Of a stretch of 20,000 nucleotides of DNA, positions 15,150 to 20,000 are shown one piece after another. The translations under genes and the position numbers were made by a program. This stretch comes from an uncultured virus (IMG/VR IMGVR_UViG_3300009873_000028) (lineage: Duplodnaviria; Heunggongvirae; Uroviricota; Caudoviricetes): IMG/VR virus record IMGVR_UViG_3300009873_000028; one strand, given 5' to 3'. Under the pieces are notes generated by a model. The model worked only from the letters and a program-made list of their open reading frames with translations. It was not told where the DNA came from and ran no database searches. Each line of letters starts with the position of its first letter. Positions within the stretch are counted from its first letter, which is position 1.

Positions 15150-15515
15150 CTAGACTGGGAGGCCTGGGTTCGGGCGAAGAGTCTCGCCTTCCTCCGTGCG
15201 CCCCTTGAAGCTGGCTCCACCTGAAATTGCCTTCGCAAGTACTTCCGCAAGCATGAGTCGAATTTCCTCGATCTCGTCTGCTTGTTCCGGTAAGATGCCT
15301 GCAAGAGATTCTAGAACTCCCGACACTTCGTCGTAGATGTCCTTGAGGCCTCCCTCGCCGCCAGAGGGGTTAGCCCCGCCGAGGCCTTCGGCCTCGGGAG
15401 AAGGTACTCCACCTTCAGGTGCTCCGCCCTGGGGCAGCATGCTGGTTAGCCCCTGGGGGGTTCCACCCATCGGCGGACCTCCACGCATATTGTTCATGGC
15501 CAGCGGCGATGCCAT
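15150..15515 (-). CDS. Hypothetical head-module protein
   Basis: 121 aa with a Pro/Gly-rich N-terminus and an acidic helical hairpin (LKDIYDEVSGVLESLAGILPEQADEIEEIRLML). It sits between the portal and the scaffold. Confidence 0.65.
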   Translation of the reverse strand: MASPLAMNNMRGGPPMGGTPQGLTSMLPQGGAPEGGVPSPEAEGLGGANPSGGEGGLKDIYDEVSGVLESLAGILPEQADEIEEIRLMLAEVLAKAISGGASFKGRTEEGETLRPNPGLPV

Positions 15516-15518
15516 ACG

Positions 15519-15632
15519 CTACTTCTTTCCGCCCTTGTTAGCCTGAGCCGGAGCAGGGCTGCTTAGGCCACCCTTCGGCTTGGCTACCGCATCCGCGAAC
15601 GGAGTGCGGAGACTGCCCTTCTTTTCTGCCAT
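15519..15632 (-). CDS. 37-aa basic micro-protein (not in the ORF track)
   Basis: AAGGAG-N7-ATG. Translation MAEKKGSLRTPFADAVAKPKGGLSSPAPAQANKGGKK*. The stop is 3 nt before the next ATG. Confidence 0.75.
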   Translation of the reverse strand: MAEKKGSLRTPFADAVAKPKGGLSSPAPAQANKGGKK

Positions 15633-15651
15633 CTTGTTTCTCCTTCTAGAA

Positions 15652-15689
15652 GAGGACACGAGCTTAACAGCTCGTGCCTCGGTTGTCAA
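15652..15689 (-). promoter_or_regulatory. Sigma70-like promoter with an overlapping palindrome
   Basis: Perfect -35 TTGACA (15689-15684), 17-nt spacer, extended -10 TG-T-TAAGCT (15666-15661). The inverted repeat CACGAGCT-N4-AGCTCGTG at 15657-15676 overlaps it. Confidence 0.65.
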
Positions 15690-15690
15690 G

Positions 15691-17754
15691 TTACTTGCTT
15701 TCCGAGATCACTGGTCGGGTGCCGCCATCCCGAGTTTCGAAATGCGGGGCTACTGCGCCGCTAGGCGGGCGGCCCCCCTGGCTTTTTGGGCCAGGCGGTC
15801 CCCCAGGCGGAGGAGCACCCGGAGGTCCCCCTGCGGGGCCTCCAGGTCCGGGTGGTGCGGCCGGCTGGGGTGGTGCGGCCATCATAGCCTGCATCTGCTG
15901 GATCTGCTGCTGGAGCTGGAGCATCTGAGCCTGGAGCTGCATAGCTACCGCTTCCGGCGGCATACCCTGCATGAGGCCCTGGCGCTTTGCTATGGCGATG
16001 CGCTCAGGCACAGTCTCAGCTGGCATAGGCCCGGCGTCGGGGACGTCAAACTGATCCCATATAGTCCAAGGGTCCAGCATCTGCGCACGGAAGAGCTGGA
16101 GGTTGAACATCTTCTGGGTGGTGTGGGAAACGTTCAACCAGCTGTTCGGCGCCACCTGGAAGCTGAAGAGCTTGTGGTGCTCTAGGGTGCGCTCCATCTT
16201 GTTCCGCGGGTCGTCCTGCCCAGCGGGAAGCATGTTCCCTGGGTCGTAGTTGAAGTCCTCACGGGTCAGGCCATCTTTTCCGAGAAGCTCAATCCTCCGG
16301 GAGGTGTTGTACCACTGGAAGAAGCCCACCTTCAGCATCTCGGCTAGCTCCCCGAGGCTTAGCTCCATACTCCGGCTTCTGAGCCGCAGTATGGGTGAAA
16401 GGGCTTCCATGTACCTTTCCATGGTGTCAGCGGAAGGCATCTGGCCCATTTGAGCCAGCTGGGTCACCCCGCGCACGCCCCCGGTGTCCTCCATCTCCCC
16501 CTTGAGGAAGTCGATGTGCTCGGCGAAGATTTTGAAGACCGTAGGGTTAGGCCCGTCGATGACCTTGAAGGGCTCGCCTGCTGCGGGGTTGTAGTTGATC
16601 TTGTAGCCTGCGGCGCGGGCGTCCAGCGCGTCAAGGGCGCTCTTCGGCATAGCGCGCTTGTCCGCGGCGATGCTGCGACGGACCCACTGAGCCAGGCCGT
16701 CGTCAGCACCCCGGAGGGCTTCATTGAGGGAGTCCTGCAGAGGGATCAGGTCCCCGATGATGCTGCTGCCCAGGATGCTCCAAGGTAGAGGGTCCAGGGT
16801 GAAGCGCACTACTGGGAACTGCCCGTGCCAGTGCGGGTTGGGGATGTCCTTGAGGATGCATTCTGGTGTGAAGATAACCAAGCGGCCGCGGGGATAGAGT
16901 CTAGCCATCTCCTTGGTCACCAGCCGTCCCTGGTCGTCAGTGGCTCCCATGGGATACACTGTGTAGGCCCAGTCACCCTCTCCAAGAGTTACGGGTTGCT
17001 CTGTCAGGTTGAGGCTGTCGTCCTTGAGATAGGCGCGCATGACGTCGATGCCGGGAGGGTTCTGGAGGTTGCTCCGGCCTTCTAGTGCCTCCCACTGCGG
17101 AGAGATGATCCCAGAGTAGCTCTTGTTCTCCATCGTGATGGGACCCCAGGAAGCTTCCTTCCCGAGGAGTCTCGGAGCCTTCCCCGGGAACATCCGCTTG
17201 ATGGTCTCAAGGGGTAGCTTCTGCCGGAGGATCACTCCCCTCCAGTCCTGGATGGAGTCAGAGAAAACCGGGTCCACTGGGATGACATCCCGGGGGTCGA
17301 AGGGGATCAGCTCAAGGTCACCCTTGCCGCCCCCTAGCTGGGCATTGTAGGTAAGCAGGCCGTAGCCACTTCCCCCTACCGCTGCGTAGAGGAGGATGCT
17401 CACCAAGCGCCGATCTGCTTTGGTGTTGCGCCACCACGCCCTGGCCAGCTTGTTCAGCACGTCCCCTTGCTTCTTGTACTCCTCCGCCATGGTCTCGTAG
17501 TTCCAGATCGGCCGGACGTCCGTCATGGTGGCAGCAATCTCCAGGGCCAGCTTCCTCAGGCGGTTGTCGCTAACCCTGCTGAGGGCCTTGCTGCGATTTC
17601 CCCCTTGCTTCCCGTCGATGTAGTCGATGGCGGTGGGGATCTGGTCCCAGGCGCGCTCTTTGCGCAGCTGGACCACCCCTTCCCCGTACTTCACCCTCAG
17701 CCAGGCTAGAAGCGTCTTTTCTCTCTCGTCTACGGCGAAGGTTACTTCTTCCAT
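15691..17754 (-). CDS. Portal protein (podovirus type)
   Basis: 687 aa. Motifs include NRLRKL...MTDVRP, AAVGGSGY, FDPRDV, LYPRGRLV and PNPHWHGQFPVVRF...GSSIIGDLIPLQDSLNE. It ends in a Gln-rich helix and a Pro/Gly tail, and lies upstream of the scaffold and capsid genes. Confidence 0.85.
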   Translation of the reverse strand: MEEVTFAVDEREKTLLAWLRVKYGEGVVQLRKERAWDQIPTAIDYIDGKQGGNRSKALSRVSDNRLRKLALEIAATMTDVRPIWNYETMAEEYKKQGDVLNKLARAWWRNTKADRRLVSILLYAAVGGSGYGLLTYNAQLGGGKGDLELIPFDPRDVIPVDPVFSDSIQDWRGVILRQKLPLETIKRMFPGKAPRLLGKEASWGPITMENKSYSGIISPQWEALEGRSNLQNPPGIDVMRAYLKDDSLNLTEQPVTLGEGDWAYTVYPMGATDDQGRLVTKEMARLYPRGRLVIFTPECILKDIPNPHWHGQFPVVRFTLDPLPWSILGSSIIGDLIPLQDSLNEALRGADDGLAQWVRRSIAADKRAMPKSALDALDARAAGYKINYNPAAGEPFKVIDGPNPTVFKIFAEHIDFLKGEMEDTGGVRGVTQLAQMGQMPSADTMERYMEALSPILRLRSRSMELSLGELAEMLKVGFFQWYNTSRRIELLGKDGLTREDFNYDPGNMLPAGQDDPRNKMERTLEHHKLFSFQVAPNSWLNVSHTTQKMFNLQLFRAQMLDPWTIWDQFDVPDAGPMPAETVPERIAIAKRQGLMQGMPPEAVAMQLQAQMLQLQQQIQQMQAMMAAPPQPAAPPGPGGPAGGPPGAPPPGGPPGPKSQGGRPPSGAVAPHFETRDGGTRPVISESK

Positions 17755-18180
17755 TTAGCCTCGCTTAGAACCAGCCAACTTTGGTCTGCCAACCGATAGC
17801 TGCCCACGCATCTTCGTTTCTATCGCATGGCAGTTTGCACAGAGCAGTCTACACCAGTGTAGCTCATCTAGCAACTTAGTTACGCTCTTCATGCCAAAGT
17901 AGGTAGGTAGATTAGCCTTCTTGTTGGCCACATGGTCAAACTGCAAGGCACGCTCATCCGTAAAGCCACACGATTCACACTTGCCACCCAGTTGGCGCAG
18001 AGCAAACATGCGATTCGCCAAATAACGCTGCTTCCGTTCTCCAGCCCTGCTACGCATAAACTGGCGATTGCTTGTGTTCTTCTTCTGTCTTTCAACAGGA
18101 TCAGCTAGAATTTGCTTTCTCCGTGGATAGTAGACAGTTTTCCAGGTATCTTTGTTTTCCTGGTAGTAGCTAGATGACAT
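17755..18180 (-). CDS. HNH endonuclease, probably a free-standing homing endonuclease
   Basis: LGGKCESCG...ALQFDHV...CRLLCANCH, with a basic N-terminus. GC is lower than in the neighbours (42% in line 18061-18120). Confidence 0.9.
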   Translation of the reverse strand: MSSSYYQENKDTWKTVYYPRRKQILADPVERQKKNTSNRQFMRSRAGERKQRYLANRMFALRQLGGKCESCGFTDERALQFDHVANKKANLPTYFGMKSVTKLLDELHWCRLLCANCHAIETKMRGQLSVGRPKLAGSKRG

Positions 18181-18532
18181 TGCCAGCCCACAGTAGAAAG
18201 GCAGTTAACGCAAACCAGCATCCTGGCAACCCCATCCCGCTGCCTTCCCGGTACTCCTGCCGCTTAGTGCGTCCATTGTAGCCTTCATAGGTCTTCTCTG
18301 TAAAGGCCACGTCGTCGCGGAGGACTACCCCATACTCCTTCTGGAGCCGGCGGTCGTGAGCGGCGTCAGTCACCAGGATGGGTTTTCCGTTGAAATGTGT
18401 GACCACCTTCGGGTAGCTCTTGGTGTCTCCGTGGGTCTGGCGGAAGGCACCGTGCTGCTCCGGGGAGCCCTTGCAGAATGGGTACATGCCCACTTCCAGC
18501 TCTCTCCCACACTTCTCGCACTTGTTGTCCAT
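18170..18532 (-). CDS. Small Zn-ribbon-containing protein
   Basis: N-terminal CEKCG...YPFC...H, with SD AGGAG. Small Zn-ribbon genes are common upstream of portal genes. Confidence 0.7.
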   Translation of the reverse strand: MDNKCEKCGRELEVGMYPFCKGSPEQHGAFRQTHGDTKSYPKVVTHFNGKPILVTDAAHDRRLQKEYGVVLRDDVAFTEKTYEGYNGRTKRQEYREGSGMGLPGCWFALTAFLLWAGNVI

Positions 18533-18533
18533 C

Positions 18534-18902
18534 TTAGACTCCTGTGATCTTGATTAGGATGTTGGTCAGCGTAGGATACTGACTCACCAAGTACAGCATG
18601 TGTGCTCTGAATTCTGCTACCGGCCCAGCTGCTTCGCTCACTAAAAAGGCGGTGGTACCATGGTTGAAAGTCACGTAGGGATCCGCTGGGTTATCGAAGA
18701 CATAGGAGGTTTGCCATTTTCTCCCGTCTACATGTCTGATTTCCAGATCCCACTTTGCTGGGCTAGTTGCTACCTTATCCCACTTGATCCTGTCTGCGTC
18801 AAAGTTTTGGCGAAGACGGTCTGTTTGCTCTGCTAGGTCGCCCATTGTGTTAGACCCATAGCCATTATCTGGTGTAATCTCGATTTCGTACTTCATCCCC
18901 AA
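18534..18902 (-). CDS. Hypothetical protein, lower GC
   Basis: About 120 aa filling the gap in the operon. The start is TTG 18902 or the ATG two codons later. No motif was recognised. Confidence 0.65.
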   Translation of the reverse strand: MGMKYEIEITPDNGYGSNTMGDLAEQTDRLRQNFDADRIKWDKVATSPAKWDLEIRHVDGRKWQTSYVFDNPADPYVTFNHGTTAFLVSEAAGPVAEFRAHMLYLVSQYPTLTNILIKITGV

Positions 18903-18923
18903 ACCTTTTGCGAGAGCCGCTGT

Positions 18924-19025
18924 CTATATTCCCTCGCTACAACCTAGAAGCCACCCGCAGCTCCTGCAGAGCTGCTTGCAGTGGCCGATGTACTCAAGGA
19001 TGCTTCCACAGATGCATCGCTCCAT
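18924..19025 (-). CDS. 33-aa Zn-finger micro-protein
   Basis: MERCICGSILEYIGHCKQLCRSCGWLLGCSEGI has a CxCG...HCK..CxxCG....CS[DE] pattern like small CPxCG-related Zn fingers. The track starts this frame at 19115; the ATG at 19025 is preferred. The SD is weak. Confidence 0.55.
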   Translation of the reverse strand: MERCICGSILEYIGHCKQLCRSCGWLLGCSEGI

Positions 19026-19432
19026 TCCGTAGTTGGGCGAATGCAATCCATCACCAGGGTTGTCACGGAGAAGCTTTGCTTCTCCGTTCTGAACTTTGTT
19101 TGGTACCACGTCCACTTCCCCGCGCTGGCTCGTGCCTTCACCTTGATGGTGAAGTCTTTTCCGAAAAGCTCTACCTCACTCCCGTCTGCACGCTCCACCC
19201 AAACCTTCTGGTATGGCATCCACCTGAGGTGAATGAAGTAGTAAAGGTGAAAGTCCTTCTCGTTCTCTCGGCAAACCTGGGGGCTCTGGCCCCGCTGAAT
19301 GAACACTTCTGGAGTTTTGTCGAGCTTTCCGCTCGAGCGTGGTGCGCTCGAGAAGGGGTGGTCACCTACCAACGTAGTGCAGCCGGAGAGGAGTAGCGCA
19401 GCGCTAACTAATCCCCAGCTTCTTAAGTGCAT
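18944..19432 (-). CDS. Predicted lipoprotein
   Basis: MHLRSWGLVSAALLLSG-C has a basic n-region, a hydrophobic h-region and lipobox LSGC. SD AGGAG lies 6 nt upstream. Confidence 0.75.
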   Translation of the reverse strand: MHLRSWGLVSAALLLSGCTTLVGDHPFSSAPRSSGKLDKTPEVFIQRGQSPQVCRENEKDFHLYYFIHLRWMPYQKVWVERADGSEVELFGKDFTIKVKARASAGKWTWYQTKFRTEKQSFSVTTLVMDCIRPTTEWSDASVEASLSTSATASSSAGAAGGF

Positions 19433-19637
19433 AGTTAACTCCTAGCGTTACGCTGAGGGGGAGGATCGTGCTGACACTCCACTTCATGACCTTTCCTTCT
19501 GTTTCCAGCTTTACGAACTTTTGGGTAAGCTCATCCTGCCTAGCGTCTATGGTGTCCACCTTACCCTCTATCCGTCTTAGGCTGTCTAGAATGAGGAGCT
19601 TGTGCTCTCCCCACCCATTATCGTCGTGTGGGCTCAA
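19404..19637 (-). CDS. Holin-like small membrane protein (XhlA-like architecture)
   Basis: 77 aa: a coiled coil (LRRIEGKVDTIDARQDELTQKFVKLE), one C-terminal hydrophobic segment and a KK tail. AAGGAGG precedes the TTG start. Confidence 0.55.
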   Translation of the reverse strand: MSPHDDNGWGEHKLLILDSLRRIEGKVDTIDARQDELTQKFVKLETEGKVMKWSVSTILPLSVTLGVNYALKKLGIS

Positions 19638-20000
19638 GCGCCACCTCCTTTACTTCTTCCCAGTCCTGCTCCCTATGCTTCTCGGGACCAAAGTTAATTG
19701 CTTTTCGCCAAGTGGTGCTCCCCCGCTGCACCTCGTAGTTAATGACGTAGCCGACTCCGCTGGGGCCTTCGTATACGTCTACCCAGCTGGAGTAGCCAAC
19801 TGGTGCAGCTTCCCACTCTGCGGTGTCAGCTACGTCCGAAGGCCTCCGCCTGCCCCTTAGGGTTTGTAGCGGAAAGCTTCGCTTGTCCTGCTCCGCCCTA
19901 ACCTTCTCTGCGTGGGCGTAAGCTTGGGAGTCTTCCGGATCAGGCCTTGGATCCGGCTCGGGCCTCGCTCCACGAAAGAAAGAAACCACGTTGTCCCAAA
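19618..20000 (-). CDS. Hypothetical protein, probably 5'-truncated by the window edge
   Basis: The frame stays open beyond the track's GTG at 19989 to the window edge (..WDNVVSFF..). Contains WVDVYEGPSGVGYV...WRKAINFGPE; no family was recognised. Confidence 0.6.
   Translation of the reverse strand, partial: WDNVVSFFRGARPEPDPRPDPEDSQAYAHAEKVRAEQDKRSFPLQTLRGRRRPSDVADTAEWEAAPVGYSSWVDVYEGPSGVGYVINYEVQRGSTTWRKAINFGPEKHREQDWEEVKEVALEPTRR

Noticed and set aside
17755..18219. Group I intron carrying the HNH gene
   Set aside because: The 444-bp inferred insert is almost entirely ORF, leaving no room for a ribozyme core.
966..19620. Active stop-codon reassignment
   Set aside because: All major genes are full length under the standard code, and both TAA and TAG end genes next to downstream starts. 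Only avoidance of TGA is supported.

Overview
The whole window is one tightly packed minus-strand operon from a tailed phage of roughly 55-60% GC with a podovirus-type gene layout. In transcription order (right to left) it encodes: a partial hypothetical gene, a holin-like protein, a lipoprotein, small Zn-finger genes, an HNH endonuclease, the portal, two small proteins, the scaffold, the major capsid protein, two decoration-like proteins, an adaptor, small basic proteins, an RcGTA-type spike base, a second adaptor, a 938-aa PKD/LamG protein ending in a third adaptor-like domain, a nozzle-like protein, a Zn finger, an endonuclease VII, and three probable internal/ejection proteins. One of those three carries a peptidase S74 chaperone. 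The last runs off the window at the start of an HExxH-like motif. Three ORFs were read by hand because the ORF track lacks them or starts them elsewhere (1-962, 15519-15632, 18924-19025). Two sigma70-like promoters and three intergenic hairpins were found. The most notable observations are three adaptor paralogues with one fused to an adhesin, a LamG domain nested inside a PKD repeat, no TGA stop among 26 genes, insertion scars around both endonuclease genes, and a motif shared by two micro-proteins. Family assignments come from motif recognition and gene order only; no database search was run. No terminase, endolysin, integrase, tRNA or CRISPR array was seen.
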